This document shows, piece after piece, positions 45,612 to 54,905 of a stretch of 64,000 bases of DNA. This DNA comes from an uncultured bacterium. Lineage in GTDB: Bacteria > Chloroflexota > UBA5177 > JANWHV01. A program made the position numbers and the translations under genes. How positions within the stretch are numbered: the stretch's first letter is position 1; each line of letters opens with the position of its first letter. The stretch spans positions 160,001-224,000 of the forward strand of contig CAVSOU010000007.1 in assembly GCA_963729625.1 (NCBI GenBank), read 5' to 3'. Under the pieces are notes generated by a model. The model had not been told where the DNA came from. It was given only the letters and a program-made list of their open reading frames with translations, and did no database searches.

Positions 45612-46862
45612 TCAGGCGAATAACCGTGGAAGCCGCTTCTTCCAGGCGGTGGGCAGGATTATGTCAATTGCGTCGTCCACGGTGACAATGCCCTTCAAAT
45701 GCCCACCATCATCGACAACTGGGACGGCGAACAGGTTGTACTTGGCGATCAGCTTCGCGGCGCGATCTTCATCATCTTCGACGTGCACGACGACAACCTC
45801 CCGCTGCATGAACTCGGTAACCACCTGCGTAGGCGCGGCGACGATAATGTCGCGCAACGTGACTACGCCAGTGAGCGTCTCGCTCGCAAGATCCGTCACC
45901 ACAAAGACATAGTGGATCACGTCGATTTCCGCCGCTGTCGCGCGAAGGTGGTCCATGATCTCGGCGGCGGTCCAGGTCTCCGGCACCGCCACGTACTCAG
46001 TCGTCATGAGTCCTCCTGCCGAGTCCTCGCGATAGCTGAGAAGCTCCTTGACGTCTTCTGACTCCTCATGCTCCATGAGAGCAAGCAGCTCGCTCGCCTT
46101 TTCATCGGACATGTCACCCAGGACGTCGGCCGCCGCAGATGGGTCCATCTCCTCAAGAATGTCAGCTGCCTTCTCGCTCCCCATCCCTTCAAGCAGGGAG
46201 AGCTGTCGTTCCGGAGCCACCTCTTCGAGCGCTTCGGCGGCCGTCTCGTCGTCCATTCCTTCGAACAGTGCGACGCCCTCTTTGACGCTGAGCTGATCGA
46301 CGATCTCGGCAAGATCGGCAGGGTGAAGCCTTGCAAGGTTGTCGTTGGAAACTCGCAGCTTCAGCCCACCGGATTCGCTGCCAAGGGTGTCGACATCCTC
46401 CCACCGAATAAAGTCTTCCCGAGGGCGTATGCCAAGCTTGCTGGCGACCTGTTGGATGCCCAGGCGTCGAAGCAATGCGCGGCCACTGATGTCGACGCCA
46501 ATGAGCCGGTAGTTCCCATTCGTGCGAGCAAGCTGAAGATCATTGACTCGCACCACCTTGTGCCCCTCGACGTCCACAATCTGCCGGTCCAGAATCTGAG
46601 TGCCAACGAAGATGTCGTCACCTGACGCCAGGTAGGGCGTGATCTGGTCACGCTGCTGACGCAGCACGACGGTGGTGTCGAAGCTGAGGATCTGATCCCA
46701 GGGCACGAGTGTACTGTCGCGGTTGCGGCCGTCGCGGATGGCAACTGCCCTGATGATCGGATAATTGGCGTCCGAAGATACCACAAGATCGGCGACCTTG
46801 CCGTGGGGCTGGCCGCGCGAATCGAGAACAGGCCGCCCGGCAATCTGGCTGAAGAAGGGCAT
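45612..46862 (-). CDS. PRC-barrel + MgtE N-terminal + CBS domain protein
   Basis: 'LDRQIVDVEGHKVVRVNDL', 'LHPADLAEIV', 'MDPSAAADVL', 'DSAGGLMTTEY', CBS pair. No TM transport domain. Confidence 0.92.
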   Translation of the reverse strand: MPFFSQIAGRPVLDSRGQPHGKVADLVVSSDANYPIIRAVAIRDGRNRDSTLVPWDQILSFDTTVVLRQQRDQITPYLASGDDIFVGTQILDRQIVDVEGHKVVRVNDLQLARTNGNYRLIGVDISGRALLRRLGIQQVASKLGIRPREDFIRWEDVDTLGSESGGLKLRVSNDNLARLHPADLAEIVDQLSVKEGVALFEGMDDETAAEALEEVAPERQLSLLEGMGSEKAADILEEMDPSAAADVLGDMSDEKASELLALMEHEESEDVKELLSYREDSAGGLMTTEYVAVPETWTAAEIMDHLRATAAEIDVIHYVFVVTDLASETLTGVVTLRDIIVAAPTQVVTEFMQREVVVVHVEDDEDRAAKLIAKYNLFAVPVVDDGGHLKGIVTVDDAIDIILPTAWKKRLPRLFA

Positions 46863-47252
46863 AGCAAAACCTCGTTTCAGGTCCGTCGGGAACGTCGGCC
46901 GTCGACGCTCCACGCTTTGTCATCGATAGGATGAGGACCAGACGAGGTTGAAGTTACCTCAGCGGGCTGCGGTCACGCTGCGCAGAAGCGCCTCCCTGCT
47001 GGCGATGATCAACGCTCGTCGGTCCTTTCGTATGTGTTCTGTAGTCATATGCCTTTGCAATACTTGCGGAGTGTATACGCCCATAGCGGACACGTTACTT
47101 TCACCAGGACCGGCGTCCACGCGGATCATCACCTCCCCTTGCTCGATGGTCGGCCAGCGACGACACGCTGGAACGATACGGTGCTGCGAGCGCGCCAAGC
47201 ACTGCAGCGCAGGTATCGAGCATAGCCGGCCAGAGCCGCGACAAGCAGGATC

Positions 47253-47573
47253 TCATTTGCGCAGGCTCACATGCCAGGCAATCATTGTGCTGTGAGGGCC
47301 CGCGCTGTAACTAACGGTAACATATGAGCCGACCTTGAACAAGAATCTCGATATCGCCTTACCGCCCTTCAGGAACTTGGTTTGGCCGTTGACGACAAAC
47401 TGGTACCTCGTATTGTGGGTCTTCGAGAAGATCACAAGTGCGGATGCTGAAACCGCGGTGATCGTACCGATGTACATGCGATGGCGCGTTGCGCCGCGCG
47501 CCGGAGACGCCTGGATCGCCGTAAGGAGAACTCCCAGCGCGAGGATGACGGGAAGACATCGTGATACGCGCAC
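47253..47573 (-). CDS. Small secreted basic protein, OB-fold/DUF5666-like
   Basis: GAAAGGA RBS, signal peptide, 'GTITAVS...F.V...TKF...G......KVGS.V.V.Y'. Confidence 0.75.
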   Translation of the reverse strand: MRVSRCLPVILALGVLLTAIQASPARGATRHRMYIGTITAVSASALVIFSKTHNTRYQFVVNGQTKFLKGGKAISRFLFKVGSYVTVSYSAGPHSTMIAWHVSLRK

Positions 47574-47739
47574 AGTTCAAATCCTTTCTCAATCAAGGGG
47601 CACCACCGTTCGAATATGATACAGTTCTGCGGCGTGCGCGTGCGTCTTAGCTGCCTCTATCCGGCTATACTGTAGGACTGTAGGCGCCGAGGCGCGAGGC
47701 GTCACGTCGTCGCGCTGTGATGGCGCCGAAGCTGGAGAT

Positions 47740-48111
47740 ATGCCTGTGAACGACGGAGCTATCGAGCTTGATAGGAGACCCGGCAAGATCGAAGTGTCTC
47801 CTCTGGCGATCGCCACGGCCGCCAGCCGCGTCGTCCTGGAGTGCTACGGTGTCGTTGGCATCGCCGACAGAAAGCTGCGACACGGCAAAGCCGAGTTGCT
47901 GGACGACAGCGCTTACTCGCGCGGAGTGATTGTCTCCATTGAGGGCGGCGAAGTTGTCGTTGACGTGTACATCGTCGTCGAGTATGGCACGCGCATCTCA
48001 GAAGTCGCCAACAACGTGATCAGCGCCATTCGTGACGCCCTGCAGCGCATGCTTGGTCAGGCCGCAATCCGCGTCAAAGTCAACATCCAGGGGCTGCGCA
48101 TCAGCAGCTAA
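47740..48111 (+). CDS. Asp23/Gls24-family protein (YloU-like)
   Basis: 'GKIEVSPLAIA......VLECYGVVG', 'RGV', 'DVYIVVEYGTRISEVA.NV', 'NIQG'. Confidence 0.92.
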   Translation: MPVNDGAIELDRRPGKIEVSPLAIATAASRVVLECYGVVGIADRKLRHGKAELLDDSAYSRGVIVSIEGGEVVVDVYIVVEYGTRISEVANNVISAIRDALQRMLGQAAIRVKVNIQGLRISS

Positions 48112-48126
48112 CTTGAGGGGGCTGGT

Positions 48127-49809
48127 TTGGGAGCCGTCACTGAGAGACCGCGGCGCGTGCACAACCGATGCGATGGGCGCCAATTGCTCGACGTATTCTC
48201 GACGGCGACTGCGTGGCTCGCGAGGCACGCCGCGGAAGTAGACGCACTCAATGTCTATCCGGTACCCGACGGCGATACCGGCTCAAATATGTCCCAGACG
48301 ATGCATGCCGCCCTCGCCGAGGCTGAGGCCGAGCTCGAGGCCGAGGCCGGCAAGATCGCGGCCAAGCTCGCGCATGGGGCGCTCATGGGCGCTCGCGGCA
48401 ATTCAGGCGTTATTCTGTCTCAGCTGCTGCGTGGTTTCGCCCGGGCACTGGATGGAAAACGCACCTTCAGTCCATCCGATGTGGCCATCGCACTGCAGGA
48501 GGGCAGTGCAACAGCGTATCGCGCGGTTGTGAAACCGGTTGAAGGCACGGTGCTGACAGTGTCACGTATTGCCGGCGACCACGCGATTCAAGCGGCAGCC
48601 GATCGACCGGATTTTCAACATGTGCTGGGGAACGTGGTCAGCGCCGCACGCATCGCCGTTAAGGAAACCCGCAATCAGTTGCCGGCGCTCACACAGGCGG
48701 GAGTTGTCGACGCGGGAGGGCAGGGATACTTGTATCTGATCGAGGGCGCGCTGCGACACTTGCAGGGCCATCGCGATCGGGCCGCCGGCAGTCATTTCGA
48801 GGCGGTGGCGACACGCGCCGCTGCTCCAGGGCACGCCAGCCTTCGATACCATGAGTCCGCTTTCGGCTATTGCACCGAGTTCATCATTCTCGGCAGCGGG
48901 CTGTCGGAGTGGAGCTTGCGCACCGAGCTGGAGCCGATTGGTGACTCCTTGCTTGTCGTCGGCGACGGCAGTATTCTGCGCATCCACGTGCACACCGACG
49001 ATCCTGGGCGCGTCCTCACCGCAGGCGCGAGACTCGGCCGGATTCGCCAGGTGAAAGTGCAGGACATGCAGGCACAGCACGACGAGTTTGCTCGTGAGGT
49101 GGCGCCGGTTCTCGCTTCTCCGCCAGAGCGGGCGGTATCGTCCAGCCGTGTCGAGCTGCCGATCGGAAGCGTTGCGGTTGCCAACGGCGACGGCTTCAAG
49201 GCGATTTTCGAGAGCCTGGGCGCGGAGGTCGTGTTGGGAGGCCAGACCATGAATCCGAGCACGCAGCAGATCCTGGAAGCTGTCGACCGCTGTCCGCAGC
49301 ACACTGTGATCATTCTTCCGAACAACACGAACGTCGTGAGCACTGCGCACCAGGCGGCAAGTCTCAGCAAGAAACGCGTGGAAGTCATCCCGACTCACAG
49401 TATGCCCCAGGGTATTGCGGCGCTCATCGCCGTGCAGTATGACGAGGAAGTCGACCAGATTCTCGATGCGATGCGTGGCGCGGCCGGGTCCATCCGTACG
49501 ATCGAGGTGACTCGCGCGGTTCGCGATGCGGAGCTGGACGGCCTGCAGGTTCGTAAAGGTGAGATCTTGGGAATCCTTGACGATAAGCTCGCCGTGGCCG
49601 GCGCCGACGTCGAGTCGGTAGTGACAGACATGTTCGAGACACTGTCCATCGATCGCAATAGCGTCGTGACGGTCTATGCGGGAGACGATACGTCGGAAGA
49701 ATCGGCGCTCCAACTTCACGAAACGCTTGAGAGGCGCTACCCTCAGATCACGATTGAGTCCTCGCCTGGGGGCCAACCCTACTACCAGTTCATTGTGTCG
49801 GTCGAATGA
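48127..49809 (+). CDS. fakA: DAK2-domain fatty acid kinase catalytic subunit (YloV/FakA)
   Basis: 'LNVYPVPDGDTGSNM', 'GARGNSGVILSQ', 'PVEGT', 'VVDAGG', 'GYCTEF', 'GGQTMNPST', 'LPNN', 'GGQPYY'. Confidence 0.93.
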   Translation: MGAVTERPRRVHNRCDGRQLLDVFSTATAWLARHAAEVDALNVYPVPDGDTGSNMSQTMHAALAEAEAELEAEAGKIAAKLAHGALMGARGNSGVILSQLLRGFARALDGKRTFSPSDVAIALQEGSATAYRAVVKPVEGTVLTVSRIAGDHAIQAAADRPDFQHVLGNVVSAARIAVKETRNQLPALTQAGVVDAGGQGYLYLIEGALRHLQGHRDRAAGSHFEAVATRAAAPGHASLRYHESAFGYCTEFIILGSGLSEWSLRTELEPIGDSLLVVGDGSILRIHVHTDDPGRVLTAGARLGRIRQVKVQDMQAQHDEFAREVAPVLASPPERAVSSSRVELPIGSVAVANGDGFKAIFESLGAEVVLGGQTMNPSTQQILEAVDRCPQHTVIILPNNTNVVSTAHQAASLSKKRVEVIPTHSMPQGIAALIAVQYDEEVDQILDAMRGAAGSIRTIEVTRAVRDAELDGLQVRKGEILGILDDKLAVAGADVESVVTDMFETLSIDRNSVVTVYAGDDTSEESALQLHETLERRYPQITIESSPGGQPYYQFIVSVE

Positions 49810-50666
49810 ACGGCCATGTTCGCAAACCTGCGCGCGTGCGCGTCGTCACCGACAGCGCGGCCGATATCGCGCCGGACGTCGCTAAGGCCCTGAACATCTG
49901 CGTCGTGCCCTTTACGATTCGCTTCGGCGACAAAGTGTTCACCGACGGCGTGGACATGGGCGCCAAAGAGTTCTACGACATGCTTCGGAACAGTGCTGAT
50001 TTTCCTCAAACGTCGCAGCCGGCGGTAGGCCTCTTTGAAGAGGCCTTCCGGGACGCCTCTACGCAGGGATATGCTATTGTCTCGATTCATATTTCGGCCC
50101 GCCTCAGCGGCACATTTGGCGGTGCCTCTCTAGCCGCGCGGAACGTTCCGGAGGCGTGCATCCATCTGGTCGATTCACGGCTCGCGGCCATGGCTCAAGG
50201 AACCCTCGTGATCACCGCGGCAAGGATGGCTGCCGAAGGCGCGGCGGCCGAGAACATTGTCGCCGCCGTTGAGTCAATGGCCAACCGAACACAAATTGCG
50301 ATCATGATTGACAGTCCTACCTACCTGTATCGGGGAGGGAGGATCGGTCGCGCGCAAAGCCTGCTGGGCAGCATGTTGAGCATCAAGCCGATCATCGGCA
50401 TCGAGGATGGAGTCGTCGCGCCCAGACTGCGCGCGCGAACTGCGATGAGGGCCGTGCAGGCGATGTACGAGCTCGCTCGCTCGCTCGATCCGCTGCAGGA
50501 GGTGCTGGTATTGCATTCAAACGCACCGGACCTCGTCGACGAGTTCTGCCGTTTGCTGAAACCCAGCTATGGTATTCCCACCGTCGGCGTGCTCGGACCC
50601 GTAGTCGGTACTCACGTCGGCGACGGCTGCATTGGGATTGCAATGGTTCAGTCCGACCGGCGCTGA
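49806..50666 (+). CDS. DegV-family fatty-acid-binding protein (FakB)
   Basis: 'VVTDSAAD', 'TSQP', 'ISARLSGT', 'VDS', 'GGRIG', 'IKPI', 'VGTHVG'. Confidence 0.95.
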   Translation: MNGHVRKPARVRVVTDSAADIAPDVAKALNICVVPFTIRFGDKVFTDGVDMGAKEFYDMLRNSADFPQTSQPAVGLFEEAFRDASTQGYAIVSIHISARLSGTFGGASLAARNVPEACIHLVDSRLAAMAQGTLVITAARMAAEGAAAENIVAAVESMANRTQIAIMIDSPTYLYRGGRIGRAQSLLGSMLSIKPIIGIEDGVVAPRLRARTAMRAVQAMYELARSLDPLQEVLVLHSNAPDLVDEFCRLLKPSYGIPTVGVLGPVVGTHVGDGCIGIAMVQSDRR

Positions 50667-50687
50667 CCGAATACGGGAGACGGGTTC

Positions 50688-51452
50688 ATGCTCAAGATCA
50701 CCATACTTGGCAGCGGGACGAGCCATGGCGTACCAATGATTGGCTGCCACTGCGCTGTCTGCACGTCGCAGGATCCGCGCGACAATCGAATGCGGCCTTC
50801 TGCCATGGTCGGCATTGACGGCTACAACGTACTCGTCGATGCGGCGCCCGAGCTTCGTCTGCAGATGATCGCGGCGGGAATTGACGTTGCCGAGGCCGTG
50901 CTGCTCACGCACGGGCATGCCGACCACCTCCACGGAATCGACGACGTGCGGAGGTTCAACGAACAGCTGGGCAGTGCGGTGCCCGTCTACGGTCCACCTG
51001 CATTGCTGGCCGACATCCGCGTCAGGTTTCCCTACATTTTCTCGCAGACCATGCAGGGTGGGGGTATTCCGTCGATTGACCTTCGACCTGTCGAGGGACC
51101 GTTTCAACTCAACGGCCGCACCATTGTCCCTGTCCCAGTGTGGCACGGCGAGACCCTTGTGACCGCATACCGAGTGGACGGCTTCGCCTATGTCACCGAC
51201 ACCAACTTCGTTCCTCAGGCATCATGCGCGCTGCTCGAGGGCCTGGATGTCCTTGTGCTCGATGCGTTGCGCCGTGAGCCGCACCCGACACACTTCAACT
51301 TCGAGCAAGCGCTCGCGATGGTGGATCGGTTGAAACCGAAGCAGACGTATTTCACCCATCTTACGCACACGACGTTGCACGCAACCGTGGAGGCCGAATT
51401 GCCGCCCCACGTTCGGTTGGCCTACGACGGCCTAACACTGGAGCTGCCCTGA
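50688..51452 (+). CDS. MBL-fold metallo-hydrolase (PhnP-like phosphodiesterase)
   Basis: 'LGSGTSHGVP.IGC.C.VC', 'THGHADHLHGIDD', 'AYVTD', 'HPTHF', 'THLTH', 'AYDG'. Confidence 0.93.
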   Translation: MLKITILGSGTSHGVPMIGCHCAVCTSQDPRDNRMRPSAMVGIDGYNVLVDAAPELRLQMIAAGIDVAEAVLLTHGHADHLHGIDDVRRFNEQLGSAVPVYGPPALLADIRVRFPYIFSQTMQGGGIPSIDLRPVEGPFQLNGRTIVPVPVWHGETLVTAYRVDGFAYVTDTNFVPQASCALLEGLDVLVLDALRREPHPTHFNFEQALAMVDRLKPKQTYFTHLTHTTLHATVEAELPPHVRLAYDGLTLELP

Positions 51453-51955
51453 TGCCGATCACGCATCTTGACGACGAAGGCCGTGCACGCATGGTCGACG
51501 TATCATCGAAGCGGGTATCCATACGACAAGCTACGGCCCAGGCCACGGTGAAGCTCGGCGCGGTCGCGGCGAAAGCCGTGCGTGATGGCGCGGTAGTGAA
51601 GGGAGACGTGCTCGCGGTGGCGCAAGTCGCGGGAGTGATGGGCGCGAAGGCGACGCCGTCGCTCATCCCGCTCTGCCATCCGCTTCCGCTGTCAGGTGTG
51701 TCGATGACGTTTGGTTGGGACGGCGACGATCTTCGCATACGGGCAACGGCGCGTACAACAGCACAGACCGGTGTAGAGATGGAAGCGCTCACCGCCGTCT
51801 CGGTCGCTGCGCTGACCGTCTACGACATGGTCAAGGCAATTGAGCGCGGCGTACGTATCTCCGACATCTTGCTGCTGCACAAGAGCGGGGGGAAGAGTGG
51901 AGAATGGCGCTCGGGCCAGTCCGAGGCAACCCCCGAGGCGACCGCGGAACCGTAA
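51452..51955 (+). CDS. moaC: Cyclic pyranopterin monophosphate synthase
   Basis: 'THLD..G.ARMVDVS.K', 'KGDVL', 'LIPLCHP', 'TGVEMEALT', 'YDMVKA', 'KSGGKSG'. Confidence 0.97.
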   Translation: MPITHLDDEGRARMVDVSSKRVSIRQATAQATVKLGAVAAKAVRDGAVVKGDVLAVAQVAGVMGAKATPSLIPLCHPLPLSGVSMTFGWDGDDLRIRATARTTAQTGVEMEALTAVSVAALTVYDMVKAIERGVRISDILLLHKSGGKSGEWRSGQSEATPEATAEP

Positions 51956-51979
51956 TTCCCAGCGCAGGCGCGGATCGGC

Positions 51980-52273
51980 CTAGAGCTCGTCGACCGTCTT
52001 CTCAAGTCGCTTAAGCCCGTCCTTCAGAACGGTCTTGAGCTCCTTGAGCGCTTGTTCGGCAACGTTATCCAACAGGCCTTCGATCAGACTCTGGCTCCGC
52101 GCGGCGACTTCCACGCCAGCCTTTGCCGCGCCTTCCGAAGCGGCCCCAGGCACGGCCGTCAGCTCGGCCTGCACGCTCTTGAGCTTGCCGGCCCGACTGC
52201 GACGATACACGATAATCGCGGCTACCAGTCCGCCAAACAGTGCCATTCTGGGTAGCAAGTCCTCAGTATCCAT
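51980..52273 (-). CDS. Small single-TM hypothetical protein
   Basis: AGGAG RBS, TM helix 'MALFGGLVAAIIVY' followed by RR, amphipathic C-terminal helices. Confidence 0.7.
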   Translation of the reverse strand: MDTEDLLPRMALFGGLVAAIIVYRRSRAGKLKSVQAELTAVPGAASEGAAKAGVEVAARSQSLIEGLLDNVAEQALKELKTVLKDGLKRLEKTVDEL

Positions 52274-52410
52274 CACGCTGACTCCTAATCGCCTTCGCAT
52301 CCGGCAGCTCGTCTCTTGAAATAGGCTTACATCATGCCGATTCGATACCTGGTATGTGTTCAGTGTAGCACGGGTCTTCCTACACTACTGTGAGAAGGAG
52401 ACATGCATCA

Positions 52411-52968
52411 ATGGACGCTCAAACCGAATGGGAACGTCTCAACGCGGTCATCCGAGACCGCGCACTACGCTACGGCGATTTCGTCTTGCGCTCAGGCGCG
52501 CGCAGCTCGTTTTACCTCGACTGTCGTCAGGTGACACTCGACTCCGAAGGCGCTTACCTGGTTGCGTCGCTGATGCTCAATCGGATGGAAGGGCTCGTGG
52601 CACAGGCTGTGGGCGGTCCCGCGCTCGGCGCGGTGCCGATCGTGGGCGCTATGTGCGCGCTCGCACATGTACGGGGCCGTCCCCTTTCCGGCTTCATCGT
52701 CCGCAAGGAGGCCAAGGATCATGGAATGGGGAGTCTCATCGAAGGCACGCTCCGTCCTGGATCGCGGGTAGTGTTGGTCGAAGACACCGTGACAACAGGC
52801 GGTGAGCTTCTGCGCGCAACAGAGGCCCTTCGCGAACGCGAGTGTGAGATTGCGCTGGCGATGTGGATCGTCGACCGCGGCGCCGGCGCTCTCCAGCTGA
52901 TGCGCGACCAGGGGATTCCGGCCGAGGCGCTCTACACCTTGGATGACCTTGGGGTAGAGCGGGACTAA
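52411..52968 (+). CDS. pyrE: Orotate phosphoribosyltransferase
   Basis: 'GDFVLRSG..S.FYLDCR', 'GGPALGAVP', 'VRKEAKDHG', PRPP motif 'LVEDTVTTGG', 'VDR'. Confidence 0.95.
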   Translation: MDAQTEWERLNAVIRDRALRYGDFVLRSGARSSFYLDCRQVTLDSEGAYLVASLMLNRMEGLVAQAVGGPALGAVPIVGAMCALAHVRGRPLSGFIVRKEAKDHGMGSLIEGTLRPGSRVVLVEDTVTTGGELLRATEALRERECEIALAMWIVDRGAGALQLMRDQGIPAEALYTLDDLGVERD

Positions 52969-53426
52969 AGCTCGCTGGCCCCGTCCCGGCCGGATTCCGG
53001 CGTGACTACTGCCATACACCTTCGAGTTGAGGATGCAGCCTCATCTGCCCGCATCGCGGCGGACCCATCTGCCGCATCTGTGCCATCTGCGTTTCTGGAC
53101 CACCTCCCAACGCACCGGCTCTCCCGGCATGGGCGGCCGGACCGTTCCGCCCACCCCGATGCAACTCGGTAATGCGAGTACCGTGCGGCCGGGAGCCAAC
53201 GGCCGCGTCCTCACCGCTTCAACTTTGACCGCGCGCACCCGCGTTCATTGCCCGGCATTTTGAGCACAGGTACACTGAGTCATGCCGGCCCGTCCGACCG
53301 CGGATGGGCCTTGGTCTCATTCCGCGGGCGAAGAGTTGTCGTCATCGCCGCGGTGTTTCGTGAGCTGTATCGTCGCGTGGCCATCTGCGGCCGCGCCTTC
53401 CGCGTGAGTCCTCTCAGGAGCAGAGC

Positions 53427-54821
53427 ATGAGCCAGCCCCGTACTATCGGTGAATTGCGTGCCAGCGGCTACAAGGTTCAGCCAATCAAACAGGAGATGCG
53501 CCGCAACCTGATCGCCAAGATCAAGGCCGGTGAAGAGCTGTTCCCCGGCGTCGTCGGATACGACTCGACAGTCATTCCACAGATCGAGAATGCGATACTT
53601 TCAGGCCAGGACATTGTCCTCCTGGGGGAGCGCGGGCAAGCAAAAACGCGAATCGCGCGCAGCCTGATCAATCTGCTTGACGAAAGCGTGCCGGCGATTA
53701 GCGGGTGTGAGATAAACGACAACCCGTTCGAACCGGTTTGCGCGGCATGTCGGCTGCGCGTGGCTGAGCAAGGGGAAGATGTACCTGTCGTGTGGGTCTC
53801 ACGCGAAGCACGCTACGGCGAGAAGCTTGCAACGCCTGACATCACCATTGCAGACCTTATCGGCGAAATAGATCCGATCAAAGTTGCAGAAGGTCGCTAT
53901 CTGTCAGACGAAATGACGATCGCCTACGGCCTGGTGCCCCGAACAAATCGTGGCATCTTCTGCATCAACGAGCTGCCCGATCTGGCAGAGCGCATTCAAG
54001 TGGGTCTGCTGAACATCATGGAGGAACGTGATGTTCAGATCCGTGGCTACAAAGTGCGACTCCCGTTGGACGTCTACGTGGTCGCGAGCGCCAACCCCGA
54101 AGACTACACCAATCGTGGACGCATCATCACGCCGCTTAAGGACAGGATCGGCTCGGAGATCCGCACACATTACCCGCGCACGATCGAGCATGAGATCGCC
54201 ATCATGGAGCAAGAAGCCTCGCCGGCCTTTGCCGAGGATATGGACGTGGCGTTCCCACGCTATATGAAAGAGATAATCGCCGAGATCACGCATATGGCGC
54301 GGAAGCACAGCGAAATATCGAAACGCTCGGGCGTGAGCGTCCGCGTATCAATCTGCAATTACGAGAATGTACTCAGCAACGCCATCCGGCGCGCTGTCCG
54401 CCTCAGCGAGAGGCAGGCCGCGCCCCGTATCAGCGACCTTCCGGCGGTGATCGCGTCGACCGCGGGAAAGATCGAGCTCGAGACCGTTGGCGAGGCAAGC
54501 GAGGAACGCATCATCGAACGGATCATCCAGGGCGCAATCGTGAACGTCTTCAACCGCTACTTCCTGATCCAGGAGTTCGACGAGCTCCTGGCGAACTTCG
54601 ACCGCGGCTTCGGCGTGGACACCAGTGACGGCATGCCCGCCATGCAGTACGTCCAGCAGGTATCGGAGGTGCGCGGTCTGCGTTCAGCCGTCGGAAAGCT
54701 GAACGCCCAGGGCAACCCCGCAAGCGCGGCATCCGCGGTGGAGTTCGTGCTCGAGGGAATTCACTTGAACCGCAAGCTTAATAAAGATCGCAAACCGGGG
54801 GGAATCCGCTATAGCAAGTAA
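53427..54821 (+). CDS. Magnesium-chelatase-like AAA+ ATPase
   Basis: Variant Walker A 'GERGQAKT', 'EKLATPD', 'INELPDL', 'ASANPEDYTNRGRIITPLKDR'. Confidence 0.9.
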   Translation: MSQPRTIGELRASGYKVQPIKQEMRRNLIAKIKAGEELFPGVVGYDSTVIPQIENAILSGQDIVLLGERGQAKTRIARSLINLLDESVPAISGCEINDNPFEPVCAACRLRVAEQGEDVPVVWVSREARYGEKLATPDITIADLIGEIDPIKVAEGRYLSDEMTIAYGLVPRTNRGIFCINELPDLAERIQVGLLNIMEERDVQIRGYKVRLPLDVYVVASANPEDYTNRGRIITPLKDRIGSEIRTHYPRTIEHEIAIMEQEASPAFAEDMDVAFPRYMKEIIAEITHMARKHSEISKRSGVSVRVSICNYENVLSNAIRRAVRLSERQAAPRISDLPAVIASTAGKIELETVGEASEERIIERIIQGAIVNVFNRYFLIQEFDELLANFDRGFGVDTSDGMPAMQYVQQVSEVRGLRSAVGKLNAQGNPASAASAVEFVLEGIHLNRKLNKDRKPGGIRYSK

Positions 54822-54905
54822 CGGAACCCTGGGAGGGACTGTGACATCGTTACGGAGGCGAAGCACGATGCCTCCTTCACGCGGGCTAACAGGCACGAGG
54901 TCGCC

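Noticed and set aside
47121-47140. GCGGATCATCACCTCCCCTT resembling the 16S rRNA 3' end
   Set aside because: No other rRNA sequence nearby. It is better explained as the reverse complement of a strong Shine-Dalgarno sequence.
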